Assembly: GCA_964537825.1 (NCBI GenBank)
Contig: CAZIDL010000002.1
Span: 48,628 to 112,627, forward strand
From: an uncultured Weeksellaceae bacterium
GTDB taxonomy: Bacteria; Bacteroidota; Bacteroidia; Flavobacteriales_D; CAYVSK01
Direction of reading: 5' to 3'
Length of the DNA stretch: 64,000 nt
This document shows positions 17,125 to 26,651 of this stretch, piece by piece. The notes below the pieces were generated by a model, which ran no database searches, was not told the DNA's origin, and was given only the letters and a program-made list of their open reading frames with translations. A program made the position numbers and the translations under genes. Every line of letters starts with the position of its first letter. The stretch's first letter is position 1.

Positions 17125-18733
17125 AGGCGAAATGAAGGGTCTTGCTAGCTCCCGGCTCCAGGTTCAAACGCCAGTTAAGGGCCCCGCTCTCCTTGTCATG
17201 TTCAGCTCCAGAGCGCTCATCGAGGCTCACTTCCACATCACCACGCCCCGATAGCGGGAGCTGATCCTTTACGCGCAATCGGACGCCTTCTTTCCGCTTG
17301 TTCTTGAGGCGGATCTCGATCTTCATTTCGAGCACTTTCTTCCCTCCGATGATCTGCGAGGTCGTCTTGTCCTCGACTTTTTCCCTTTCAACGACAACTC
17401 CCTGATCCCGGCCGAGCGAAACCTCAAGGGTATCCTCCGTGATGTTCGGGTCGATCCGCGTCTTACCAACATAGCGACCGGCATATTGAACGCTGGCCTT
17501 CCCCGGGAAAAGGTCGGTAGCCTCCCATCCACTGAGCTTGGCGATAAGGAAAGCTTCCTGTTCGAGCTTCGGGACTGCCAAGTGATCGTGCTCCGCATCG
17601 ATCTTGAGTTCTTTGATGGTGACGGAACGCCGCGATCGCCCCGAAGGGATATCGTAGGCACTCTCGATAGGGAAGCGCGTGTGAACAGCACTGCCCTCCC
17701 GGCCTTGGGGTACGGATCCCGAGGATGGGGAGGCCTCCTCCCTCATGGTTCCCGCACCCTCCTGGTCCTGAACCTTAGCTTTTTGCTTCTGCCGCTGCTG
17801 GGAAGCGGCCTTTTTGTACTGTCGCTTCCTTCCCCCTTTTTGACTGTAGACGTTCTGCTCTTTCTTGAAGCGAAGGCGCCAGGGCTCGAGTTCGGGCCGG
17901 TCTCCGCTCTTCGTAGGGCGACCGGATGCCAAGGTAAGATCCACGCCCTCCCAATCGCGTTGCGTCATTTGCCACACTTCTCCTTTGTAAGTAAGGTGGA
18001 CAGGTTCGCTCAGGGAAGGACAATCCAGTTCATAAGCAGGCCGCCACCCAGCTCTCGAAGAGAAATAGCTCAGGGTGAGCTTTTCGCTCCCGCCCCGTTC
18101 TGCATCGACCGCAACGATGATATTGGAAACGCGCTCTTTCCCTTTCTGCTCCAATTTTCGGGTCCTATTCCGCAATTTTTGGAGCTCATCATTGAGCTCT
18201 TCGATGTCGTTCTTTACTTCGATGAGCTTATACTCGATGTCCTTCAACCGCTTGCGGTAATAAACGGCCAATTCCATAAGATCCTCGACGTCCGTCCCGG
18301 TCTGCTCGCCTTTGATGTTCTTGTTCTCGAGGATCATGCTCCGCTCCTCCTGATAGACCTTCTTCATGCTCTGCCGCAGGGAAAGTTTGAACTCGGTCTC
18401 CTCAAGGCTATCTTTTTTGGACCGGATCCGTTCTTGGAGTTCTCCTTCAGCTCCCCGCGTACGCATTCGCTTTTCGACCGAACGGATCCGCAACCCCTCA
18501 CCTCCTTTGAGCTGCAAACTGTTCTCTCGAATATGGGGAGAAAGCCCTTTGAAGATCAGGACGTTACGACCTTTGTCGAGCCGAGCCCTTCCTTTCCGGG
18601 TGATCTCTGCTCCTGAGAAGAAGACCGTAGCCCGCTCGATCTCATTCGCTACATCGATACTGTCCTGAGCTTTTGCAGCGATCGGTCCGAGAAAAAAAAG
18701 GACGTATAGTAAATAGATCAGCCTACGGACCAT
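17081..18733 (-). CDS. DUF4140/DUF4139 (MuiA-like) family protein
   Basis: The product has a signal peptide, then ATVFFSGAEITRKGRARL..SLQLKGG, and a coiled-coil middle. I recall this architecture for the 'mucoidy inhibitor MuiA' family. A K/Q/R-rich linker spans roughly aa 291-348. Confidence 0.78.
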   Translation of the reverse strand: MVRRLIYLLYVLFFLGPIAAKAQDSIDVANEIERATVFFSGAEITRKGRARLDKGRNVLIFKGLSPHIRENSLQLKGGEGLRIRSVEKRMRTRGAEGELQERIRSKKDSLEETEFKLSLRQSMKKVYQEERSMILENKNIKGEQTGTDVEDLMELAVYYRKRLKDIEYKLIEVKNDIEELNDELQKLRNRTRKLEQKGKERVSNIIVAVDAERGGSEKLTLSYFSSRAGWRPAYELDCPSLSEPVHLTYKGEVWQMTQRDWEGVDLTLASGRPTKSGDRPELEPWRLRFKKEQNVYSQKGGRKRQYKKAASQQRQKQKAKVQDQEGAGTMREEASPSSGSVPQGREGSAVHTRFPIESAYDIPSGRSRRSVTIKELKIDAEHDHLAVPKLEQEAFLIAKLSGWEATDLFPGKASVQYAGRYVGKTRIDPNITEDTLEVSLGRDQGVVVEREKVEDKTTSQIIGGKKVLEMKIEIRLKNKRKEGVRLRVKDQLPLSGRGDVEVSLDERSGAEHDKESGALNWRLNLEPGASKTLHFAFTVKYPKELDPVGL

Positions 18734-18755
18734 GAGTTGAAGCTTCGGTTCGTTC

Positions 18756-18763
18756 CAAAGGTA
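18756..18763 (-). promoter_or_regulatory. -7 promoter box TACCTTTG, 22 nt upstream of the DUF4139 gene
   Basis: The plus strand reads CAAAGGTA, a perfect TAnnTTTG, in the divergent 101-nt gap shared with surE. Confidence 0.45.
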
Positions 18764-18810
18764 AGGATATCCGCTAAGAAGGATACTCCTTTTCAGGCTC
18801 TCAAATTCCT

Positions 18811-18818
18811 TAGCTTTG
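18811..18818 (+). promoter_or_regulatory. -7 promoter box TAGCTTTG, 16 nt upstream of the surE ATG
   Basis: Perfect TAnnTTTG in the divergent intergenic region. Confidence 0.5.
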
Positions 18819-18834
18819 TCCCCGCAATTGGAGG

Positions 18835-19617
18835 ATGGCGAAGCGAGAGCCTTTCATATTGGTCACCAACGACGACGGGATCTTCACTCCCGGGATCCGG
18901 GCCATGGTGAACGTTGCCCGCGAATTCGGAGAAGTGCTCGTCGTGGCACCGGATAAACCGCAATCCGGTATGGGCCATGCTATTACGGTCAACGATCCCC
19001 TTCGCATGCGTGAGTACGAACTGGACCCCGACCCGAAGATCCGTTCCTACAGCTGCAACGGTACTCCTGTGGATAGCGTTAAGCTTGCCATCTCCCTCAT
19101 CCTTCAGGGGAAACCTGACCTTTTGCTCTCAGGCATCAATCACGGTTCCAATTCCTCCATCAACGTCCTCTATTCCGGAACGATGTCGGCCGCGGTCGAA
19201 GGAGCTCTGGAAGGGATCCCGTCGGTAGGTTGTAGCCTTCTCGACTACAGGATAAGTCGCGATATGAGCACCGCAGAGCATGTCACGCGAAAGGTCGTTC
19301 ACAATGCGCTCAACAGAGAATTTCCCGACCGGGCCTGCCTGAACGTTAACATTCCCGATATATCGCTGGATGAACTAAAGGGCATTCGGGTCTGCCGCCA
19401 GGCAAAAGCTTATTGGGAGGATGATTTCGAAGTGCGGAAAGATCCTCACGGCAAGGAATATTATTGGCTTGCAGGAGAGTTCAAGAACTTCGATAAAGGG
19501 ACGGACACAGACATCTGGGCTCTTGAGAACGGATATGCATCGATCGTTCCCGTACAATACGACATGACCGCTCATTACGAGATCGAACCGCTTCACGATT
19601 GGGATCATGAGCTCTGA
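18835..19617 (+). CDS. surE: 5'/3'-nucleotidase SurE
   Basis: ILVTNDDGIFTPGIRAM and SGINHGSNSSINVLYSGTMSAA are present. Length is 260 aa. Confidence 0.95.
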   Translation: MAKREPFILVTNDDGIFTPGIRAMVNVAREFGEVLVVAPDKPQSGMGHAITVNDPLRMREYELDPDPKIRSYSCNGTPVDSVKLAISLILQGKPDLLLSGINHGSNSSINVLYSGTMSAAVEGALEGIPSVGCSLLDYRISRDMSTAEHVTRKVVHNALNREFPDRACLNVNIPDISLDELKGIRVCRQAKAYWEDDFEVRKDPHGKEYYWLAGEFKNFDKGTDTDIWALENGYASIVPVQYDMTAHYEIEPLHDWDHEL

Positions 19618-19924
19618 GCGGATCCAAAGATTCGATAGCGTTCAATGGGGAGTGCTCGGAGGACTGATCGGCTCTGTACTCAGTTTCCTGCTCCTTTTCT
19701 GGATCACTTATATGCGTGGCCAAGCTCCAGGCCTTTCCGACTTTTTCTTCGAAAAGTTCGTGAACACCCGTGACCTTACCTGGCGGATCCTTTCCTTCTG
19801 TCTTGTGCTCGATGTTCCGATCTTTTTCCTTGCCCTTCGCTGGGATCTCGAACGATTCGCAAAAGGCGTCCTCTTCGTTTTCTTCATCTTCTTGCCTTTT
19901 ATCGTCTATTTTCGCTTTTTTTAG
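19607..19924 (+). CDS. Small integral membrane protein, function unknown
   Basis: 105 aa with three predicted hydrophobic helices. It overlaps the surE end by 11 nt and sits in the surE-lpxB string. Confidence 0.6.
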   Translation: MSSERIQRFDSVQWGVLGGLIGSVLSFLLLFWITYMRGQAPGLSDFFFEKFVNTRDLTWRILSFCLVLDVPIFFLALRWDLERFAKGVLFVFFIFLPFIVYFRFF

Positions 19925-19955
19925 GTAACGATAAGGACCCTTACTGGCCCGGACC

Positions 19956-21086
19956 TTGGATTATTACCTCATAGCCGGCGAAGCGAGCGGGGACCTTCAC
20001 GGTTCCAACCTGATGAAAGCCTTAAAGGATAAGGATCCCGATGCCCGTTTTCGCTGTTGGGGAGGGGACCGCATGAAAAGAGCAGGTGGGGATCTGGTCC
20101 GTCACTACCGTGAGACCGCCTTTATGGGCTTCGTAGAAGTGATCAAGCACCTGCGGAGCATCATGGGCTTTCTTCGCGAGTGCAAAGCGGATCTTCTCGA
20201 ACATCCTCCGGATGCCCTGATCTTGATCGACTATCCGGGCTTCAACCTAAGGATCGCTGAGTTCGCCCACGAGCAGGGAATCAGGGTCTTCTATTATATT
20301 TCGCCTCAGGTCTGGGCCTGGAAAAAGAAAAGGGTCCATACCATCGGCAAATTCACCGAACGGACTTTCGTTATCCTCCCCTTTGAAAAGGACTTCTATG
20401 CCCGCTACGGCTATGAAGTGGAATTCGTGGGGCATCCTCTATTGGATGCCATCGAAGCGGAACGGCAACAGCTCCCGGAGCGAAAAGCCTTTTTCCGGTC
20501 CATCGACAAGCCAGATGCCCCGATCATCGCACTTCTTCCCGGAAGCCGAGAGCAAGAGGTCAAACGGATGCTCCCGGCCATGTTGAACCTGAAAGCGGAT
20601 CATCCGGGCCACCATTTCATCGTGGCCCGCAGTTCCGCTCTGAGCGATGAACTTTTCGTAGAAGCTGATTCCATCGAAGGGGTCACGGTTCTTGAAGACT
20701 CCAATTACGCCATTCTTGAACATGCAGAGGCTGCTCTTGTGACCTCCGGAACAGCAACCCTCGAAACCGCCCTTTTCGGAGTGCCGTTGGTGGTTTGTTA
20801 TTCAGGGGGGGAACTTTCCTTTTGGATAGCACGCCAACTCGTGAACGTTCCCTATATCTCTCTGGTCAATCTCATCATGGGACAGGAAGTGGTCAAAGAG
20901 CTTATTCAAAGTGGATTGACCCGGGATGCCCTCAGAACAGAACTGGATCGGATCCTTCCTGGTGGGAAGGAAAGGGAACCCATGAAAAAAGCCTTCGAGG
21001 CTTTGCGTGAAAAACTTGGGGGACCCGGTGCCTCAGCCTTCACAGCATCACGTATTCTTTCGTTGACCGGACATGAAGGAGCATGA
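19956..21086 (+). CDS. lpxB: Lipid-A-disaccharide synthase
   Basis: YLIAGEASGDLHGSNLMKAL, YYISPQVWAWKKKR and SGTATLE are present. It has a TTG start. Length is 376 aa. Confidence 0.93.
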   Translation: MDYYLIAGEASGDLHGSNLMKALKDKDPDARFRCWGGDRMKRAGGDLVRHYRETAFMGFVEVIKHLRSIMGFLRECKADLLEHPPDALILIDYPGFNLRIAEFAHEQGIRVFYYISPQVWAWKKKRVHTIGKFTERTFVILPFEKDFYARYGYEVEFVGHPLLDAIEAERQQLPERKAFFRSIDKPDAPIIALLPGSREQEVKRMLPAMLNLKADHPGHHFIVARSSALSDELFVEADSIEGVTVLEDSNYAILEHAEAALVTSGTATLETALFGVPLVVCYSGGELSFWIARQLVNVPYISLVNLIMGQEVVKELIQSGLTRDALRTELDRILPGGKEREPMKKAFEALREKLGGPGASAFTASRILSLTGHEGA

Positions 21087-22279
21087 GCAAGAAAAGGTCC
21101 TTCATATTACGCACGCTTCTGCTGGCCCTTCTCACTTCCATACCCTTTATAGGCAACAGCCTTCCGGAGGTCATGCGCATCGGACTTTTTTTCGGGGAAA
21201 AGGTGGAACGGGTGGCGTTCAGCGTAGAGGACGGACGCTACGAGCTCTTTCTGGACCAGCGTTCACTCGGCGTTCACGAGGGCGGAGAGAGCGTCCGGAT
21301 CCAGCATTCGAAGCAGGGGCTCCGTATAAAGGGGAAGCAAGATGAATGGAAGAGCGGGCATAAATTGCGGGCTGAAATGTTGGGGCAGAATGCCTCCTTC
21401 AGGTTGAAGAAAAAGCATCCCTACAAAGCGGACCGTCTTTATCCGGGTGAGCTCACTGTCCGTGCAAAGGAAGGGCGGATCCAATGCATCAATCGCGTGG
21501 GCATGTCCGATTACCTTTCAGGGGTTGTGCTCGCTGAAGCTGGCCAGGGGCATCATCCCGAATTCTACAAAGTGCAGGCCGTCATTTGTCGCACGTATGC
21601 CCTCCACAACCTTGAAAAGTTCAGCGATAAAGGGATCCACCTTTGTGATAAAGTCGCATGCCAAGTCTACGAAGGGATGAACACCGTCGAACCCCGTATC
21701 GATTCGGCGATCAAGGCCACTAAAGGCATCGTACTGGTCAACGAGGACATCGAACTGATCACAGCAGCTTATCATTCGAATTCAGGAGGAAGAACAGTAG
21801 CCTCCGAAGATGCCTGGTCCAAGAATCTTTCCTACCTGCGTCCGGTCACCGATCCCTTCAGCCAGAAAGGAAAGCATTACAATTGGAAACGGATATTTCC
21901 GAAAAAAGAATGGCTGAACTACCTGGAGCGAACCTATTCTTATCCGAGCGATGACCCTTGGTATCAAGAACATGCCTGTTCCTATTGTCCTTCGGGGCGA
22001 AGGGAGTTCTTTGCTCCGATGGGGGATAGCATTCCGTTAGCATCGATCCGCAAGGACCTGAACCTGAACTCCACCTATTTCACGATCAAAGAGCGGAACG
22101 ATAGTGTCGTGTTCAGGGGAAAAGGTTTCGGTCATGGGGTAGGCCTATCGCAGGAAGGGGCCATGCGGATGGCCGAACTCGGGGTCCCTTACGATGACAT
22201 CATTCACTACTACTACCAAGGGATCCACTTGGTGAAGATCGAAGCGCTCGATTTTTTCAGGGACGAGAACGGTCCTTGA
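21083..22279 (+). CDS. SpoIID/LytB-domain protein
   Basis: AQAVICRTYAL, AAYHSNSGGRT and GFGHGVGLSQEGA are present. The product has a signal peptide. The ATG overlaps the lpxB stop (ATGA). Confidence 0.88.
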   Translation: MSKKRSFILRTLLLALLTSIPFIGNSLPEVMRIGLFFGEKVERVAFSVEDGRYELFLDQRSLGVHEGGESVRIQHSKQGLRIKGKQDEWKSGHKLRAEMLGQNASFRLKKKHPYKADRLYPGELTVRAKEGRIQCINRVGMSDYLSGVVLAEAGQGHHPEFYKVQAVICRTYALHNLEKFSDKGIHLCDKVACQVYEGMNTVEPRIDSAIKATKGIVLVNEDIELITAAYHSNSGGRTVASEDAWSKNLSYLRPVTDPFSQKGKHYNWKRIFPKKEWLNYLERTYSYPSDDPWYQEHACSYCPSGRREFFAPMGDSIPLASIRKDLNLNSTYFTIKERNDSVVFRGKGFGHGVGLSQEGAMRMAELGVPYDDIIHYYYQGIHLVKIEALDFFRDENGP

Positions 22280-22282
22280 CCT

Positions 22283-24175
22283 TCACTTTTTCCCTTTCGC
22301 CATCTCCTCGTCCACAAGGTCCTTATCCACGCGGAGATTGTTCACGATGAAGTTCTGTCGATCGGGGGTGTTCTTCCCCATATAGAAATCCAGGATATCC
22401 GGGATCTTGCTGTCCTTGTTCAGGATCACAGGTTCCGTTCGGATCTTGTCGGGAGCGATGAAGGCTTTGAACTCATCGGGGGATATCTCGCCGAGACCTT
22501 TGAAACGCGTGATCTCGGGTTGCCCGCCCAGCTTTTGGATGGCGTCCCGCCGTTCTTCCTCGTTGTAGCAATAATAGGTGGCTTTCTTATTCCGTACCCT
22601 GTAAAGAGGTGTTTCCAGAATATGAACGTGCTCGCGTTTCACGAGCTCAGGAAAGAACTGGAGGAAGAAAGTGAGCAGGAGCAACCGGATGTGCATACCG
22701 TCTACATCCGCATCAGTGGCCAGGATGATGCGGTTGTAACGGAGATCGTCCAAACTTTCTTCGATATTGAGGGCAGCCTGGATCAGGTTGAACTCTTCGT
22801 TCTCATATACAGCCTTTTTGGTCAGCCCATATGCATTGAGGGGTTTCCCTTTCAGGCTGAAGACGGCCTGGGTGTTCACATCCCGCGCTTTCGTGATCGA
22901 CCCAGAGGCTGAATCTCCTTCGGTCAGGAAGATCGTGCTCTCCTTCTTCCGTTCATCATTCTTCTTGTCGTTCAAATGGATCTTGCAATCCTTGAGTTTC
23001 TTGTTGTGGATGCTGGCCTGTTTAGCCCGTTTCTTGGCCAATTTTCGGATCCCGGCCATTTCTTTGCGTTCCTTCTCGGAGCGCTGGACCTTTTCATGGA
23101 TGGCATTTGCGGTATCCTGCTCCCGATGGAGGTAATTGTCGAGTTTCTCCTTCAGAAAATCCATGACGAATGCCCGGATCGATTTGCCTCCGGGTTCGAT
23201 CTCCGTCGAACCGAGCTTGGTCTTGGTCTGGCTTTCGAAGACGGGATCGACCACTTTAACGGAGACGGCAGCGGCCAACGAGCGGCGCACATCCGTAGCC
23301 TCATAGTTCTTCTGGAAGAAATCCTTGACGACTTTCACCAAGCTTTCCCTGAAAGCCCCCAGATGGGTTCCTCCCTGGGTGGTGTGCTGACCGTTCACGA
23401 AGGAATAATACTCCTCGCTGTACTCTTCGGTATGGGTGAAGGCCACTTCGATGTCCTCATCCTCAAGGTGAACGATGGGATAAAGCGGTTCCTGACTGAG
23501 GTTCTCTTGAAGTAGATCGAGGAGGCCGTTCTCAGAATAATAGCGCTCCCCATTGAAATGGATGTTGAGCCCCCGGTTAAGGTAGCAATAGTTCCGCACG
23601 AGGCGTTCTACGTGCTCGGAACGATAACGAAGGTCCTTGAAGATCTCCCGGTCGGGGGTGAAGGTGATCTTCGTTCCGTGCTTCTCATCGCTGGGGAGCT
23701 CTTCCGTTTCCTCCAGCAACTCTCCGCGTTCAAAAACAGCTCGCTTCATCTTGCCGTCCCGGAAAGATTCCACCTTGAAATAGGAAGAAAGGGCATTCAC
23801 CGCTTTCGTACCGACCCCGTTCAGACCGACGGATTTCTTAAAGGCTTTGGAATCGTACTTGGCCCCCGTGTTGATCTGGGAAACGCAATCGATCAGCTTG
23901 CCGAGCGGGATCCCGCGGCCTCTATCCCGGATGATGACCGTATCATCAGCAATGTCGACATCGATACGCTTCCCGTTCCCCATAACGAACTCATCGATCG
24001 CGTTGTCCAAGGTCTCTTTGATGAGGATATAGATCCCGTCATCCCGCGATGACCCATCGCCCGTCTTGCCGATGTACATCCCCGGACGCGTCCGGATGTG
24101 TTCCTTCCAATCCAGGGAACGGATGTCCGATTCGGTATAAGTGCTCGTATCCGGTACTTCGTTCGCCTCAGCCAT
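22283..24175 (-). CDS. parE: Type IIA topoisomerase ATPase subunit, topoisomerase IV subunit B type
   Basis: [11 protein letters not shown], the GHKL motifs (LDNAIDE, DRGRGIP, GLNGVG) and the Toprim motifs ([12 protein letters not shown]) are present. At 630 aa it is shorter than a typical GyrB. Confidence 0.9.
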   Translation of the reverse strand: MAEANEVPDTSTYTESDIRSLDWKEHIRTRPGMYIGKTGDGSSRDDGIYILIKETLDNAIDEFVMGNGKRIDVDIADDTVIIRDRGRGIPLGKLIDCVSQINTGAKYDSKAFKKSVGLNGVGTKAVNALSSYFKVESFRDGKMKRAVFERGELLEETEELPSDEKHGTKITFTPDREIFKDLRYRSEHVERLVRNYCYLNRGLNIHFNGERYYSENGLLDLLQENLSQEPLYPIVHLEDEDIEVAFTHTEEYSEEYYSFVNGQHTTQGGTHLGAFRESLVKVVKDFFQKNYEATDVRRSLAAAVSVKVVDPVFESQTKTKLGSTEIEPGGKSIRAFVMDFLKEKLDNYLHREQDTANAIHEKVQRSEKERKEMAGIRKLAKKRAKQASIHNKKLKDCKIHLNDKKNDERKKESTIFLTEGDSASGSITKARDVNTQAVFSLKGKPLNAYGLTKKAVYENEEFNLIQAALNIEESLDDLRYNRIILATDADVDGMHIRLLLLTFFLQFFPELVKREHVHILETPLYRVRNKKATYYCYNEEERRDAIQKLGGQPEITRFKGLGEISPDEFKAFIAPDKIRTEPVILNKDSKIPDILDFYMGKNTPDRQNFIVNNLRVDKDLVDEEMAKGKK

Positions 24176-24322
24176 ATTGCCTTGATTTCGCTTTCTGCTA
24201 AAAGGACCTGCTACCAGCCATATTGTTTAAAAATAGCTCAGTTCGGGGTTTGTAGCGTTGAACTGTTAGGACATATTATCCACAGGGATCGTGGATATCT
24301 CTACTTCCGCACGATCCTTTTA

Positions 24323-24341
24323 AAGGGGGTCATTCCCCCTT
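24323..24341 (-). terminator. Possible stem-loop at the end of the TPR-PP2C gene
   Basis: AAGGGGG (24323-24329) pairs with CCCCCTT (24335-24341) as a 7-bp stem. The 5-nt loop contains most of the stop codon. Only a weak U-tract follows on the minus strand. Confidence 0.3.
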
Positions 24342-26612
24342 CACCCCGGCTAAACAGACATCGTCGACCTGCTCGAGCTGCCCCTTCCACTCATCGAGAC
24401 GCTTTTCCAATGCGATCCTCTGATCTTTCAAGGGCTGCCCGGACAACTCGAGGAGCAGCCGTTTAAGGGGTTTGTATTTGAACTTCTTTCCCTTATCCCC
24501 TCCGAACTGGTCGGGATAACCATCGCTAAGAAGGTAGAAAAGCTCCCCCGGAGCGAAGGAGCCCGTTCGCAGGGTGAAATTTCCCTGGTCCTCGCTCTTC
24601 CCGATCGGTCGCTTGTCAGGTGGTAATTCGATCAAAACGCTACCCCCTTCCTCAATGATCTTGCAGTTTTCCTGCAGTTCCTGATCCTGAGCCGCTTTGC
24701 TTCCCTCCCGGACCCAATAAAGCGGGTTGTTCGCTCCCGCCCATTGGAACTCCTTCTTCTCGTGATCGATACATATCAGGGAGATATCCATTCCATCCTT
24801 TGCTCCAGCTCCCAGATCGCGGACAAATCGATCACGAAGCTCATCGAGCACCGTCGCAGGATCGGGATCCTTTTGTTGCGGGACGATCTCGTTCAAAAAG
24901 CTGTTCCCGAGCATGGTCAAAAAACCTCCGGGCACTCCATGCCCCGTACAATCGGCCACAGCGAACCAGACCTTCCCTCCTTGCACCATGCTCCAGTAAA
25001 AATCTCCTGAGACCACATCTTTCGGTCGAAAGAGCACGAAATGCTCCGGCAATTCCGCCGAACGCTCCTCTTCTTCCTTCAAAAGAGCGTTCTGGATATA
25101 GCTCGCGTAATCGATCGAGGCCATGATCTCGGCCTGTTTTTCCTCCACGATGGCTTTTTGCTCTTCGATGGTCCTTTTTTGGCGTTTTGTAAGACGAAGC
25201 CGGTCAAAAAGGAAATAAGCAAAAAGGAGGACCAGAAATAATCCCGTACCAGAGGAATAACTGATGATCCGTTGGATCCGCTCCTCTTTTTCAGCAAGGG
25301 CCAATTCCTTTTGGTGCCTGGCCTCCCGTAAGCGCTGCTTTTCGCGAAAGCGATGCCTTGCCTCGAGCAATGCGAGCTTTTTCTCCTTTTCCTGGTCCAT
25401 GACACTGTCCTTGGCGGATAGGTGGATCTTGTGCCATTTCAAGGCCTTTTTATGGTCACCCTCTCTTTCATGAGCTTTAAAGAGGAGTTCAGACACATCC
25501 CTTACTCTTTTGAAGATGGAGAGCGAATCAAAGACCCGATAAGCTTCCTCCAAAACAGAAATGGCCTTTTCATCCTTCCCCTTAAGGTGATAACTCCTTC
25601 CGATGATCATCTTAGCGCTCCCTTTCCCGTGATAGGAACCGAGCTTTTCGGTCAGTTCGATACTCCTTTGTGCATAGGCCATCGCACTGTCCAAAGCGAG
25701 CTTCCGAACTTCTGAGGGTTGGAGGTCAAGCTTCAGGTCTTCCTCAGCATACCGCTTGAGCACTTCTTTTTTGGCACTTGCAAGATCGTTATAGCTAGAC
25801 CCTATATTGATAAGGGCTGTGCTTAGCATACGCGGATCTTCCGATCCCTTGGCCCACTCCTTCACCTGATCATAGCGACGTAGGACTTCCAGGTGCCGTT
25901 CTTCTTGGGGGATCCCTTTCTTTTTCAACAAGCTATCAGGCGCATACCGGAGGGTCATTCCCAGGTTGTTCTGAGCCTTGATCACCCCTTCCTGTTCTTC
26001 GAGTTCCCGATAGATCTCAAGGGCCTTTTTGTAGAGATCGTGCGCTTTACCGATCGCGCTCCGCTCGAAATAGAGCTCACCCATGTTCAGATAACTGCTG
26101 CCTATGGCAGAACTGTCCTTTGCTCGCTCTCTCAGGTCGAGGCTTCGCTGGAAATTCTCCAGGGCCTGCGGCAAGTTCCCCTGTTCCTCCTGGATCAGGG
26201 CGATGTTATTCAGGGCACTGGCCAGGCCAATGATCGCTTGCTTCTTCGATGTGTCCGTCCTTTCCCTGAAGATCCTCACGGAGCGCTTATAAGCCTTCAG
26301 TGCGCTATCGTAACGGCTTTGGTAATAAAAGGTCGCCCCGAGGGTATTGGTAAGGACGGCCATCGACCGGGGATCGGAGTGAGCGATCGATGAACCGATC
26401 CCTTTCCGACACCATTCGCGAGCGGAATCCGGGGAGCGTCGGAGCCAAGCCCAAGCCAGTTCATTGAGGGCCTTCAAACGGACTGAGTCCACCCGCTCCG
26501 GCTCCTCCCAGACCTTTCGAAGCGAATCCCTTTTCGTGGATGCTTCCCCGCCGAAGGGAAGGATAAGGAATAGAAAGAGACCGATCAGGTGTGAACAGCG
26601 ATGGACCAGCAT
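24330..26612 (-). CDS. TPR-repeat / transmembrane / PP2C (SpoIIE/RsbU-type) protein phosphatase
   Basis: The order is signal/TM, then about 380 aa of TPR-like repeats, then a TM helix (GLFLVLLFAYFLF). The PP2C domain follows, with VVSGDFYW, FAVADCTGHGVPGGF and LLSDGYPDQFG. Confidence 0.85.
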   Translation of the reverse strand: MLVHRCSHLIGLFLFLILPFGGEASTKRDSLRKVWEEPERVDSVRLKALNELAWAWLRRSPDSAREWCRKGIGSSIAHSDPRSMAVLTNTLGATFYYQSRYDSALKAYKRSVRIFRERTDTSKKQAIIGLASALNNIALIQEEQGNLPQALENFQRSLDLRERAKDSSAIGSSYLNMGELYFERSAIGKAHDLYKKALEIYRELEEQEGVIKAQNNLGMTLRYAPDSLLKKKGIPQEERHLEVLRRYDQVKEWAKGSEDPRMLSTALINIGSSYNDLASAKKEVLKRYAEEDLKLDLQPSEVRKLALDSAMAYAQRSIELTEKLGSYHGKGSAKMIIGRSYHLKGKDEKAISVLEEAYRVFDSLSIFKRVRDVSELLFKAHEREGDHKKALKWHKIHLSAKDSVMDQEKEKKLALLEARHRFREKQRLREARHQKELALAEKEERIQRIISYSSGTGLFLVLLFAYFLFDRLRLTKRQKRTIEEQKAIVEEKQAEIMASIDYASYIQNALLKEEEERSAELPEHFVLFRPKDVVSGDFYWSMVQGGKVWFAVADCTGHGVPGGFLTMLGNSFLNEIVPQQKDPDPATVLDELRDRFVRDLGAGAKDGMDISLICIDHEKKEFQWAGANNPLYWVREGSKAAQDQELQENCKIIEEGGSVLIELPPDKRPIGKSEDQGNFTLRTGSFAPGELFYLLSDGYPDQFGGDKGKKFKYKPLKRLLLELSGQPLKDQRIALEKRLDEWKGQLEQVDDVCLAGVKGE

Positions 26613-26651
26613 CGGCCCGAAGCTAAAAGATAAATCCTGAGATAACGGAGA

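Noticed and set aside
17486-18616. 376-aa plus-strand ORF antisense to the DUF4139-family gene
   Set aside because: The minus-strand product has a signal peptide, family-typical N-terminal sequence and a -7 box. The plus-strand product is featureless. It is a shadow ORF.
24276-24297. Perfect DnaA-box 9-mer TTATCCACA (24276-24284) forming a 7-bp inverted repeat with GTGGATA (24291-24297), upstream of parE
   Set aside because: By my estimate a single perfect 9-mer is expected by chance about 0.5 times in 64 kb counting both strands. There is no cluster of boxes, no AT-rich unwinding element and no dnaA or dnaN nearby, so this is not an origin. It could still be a minor operator or hairpin, but the evidence is too thin.
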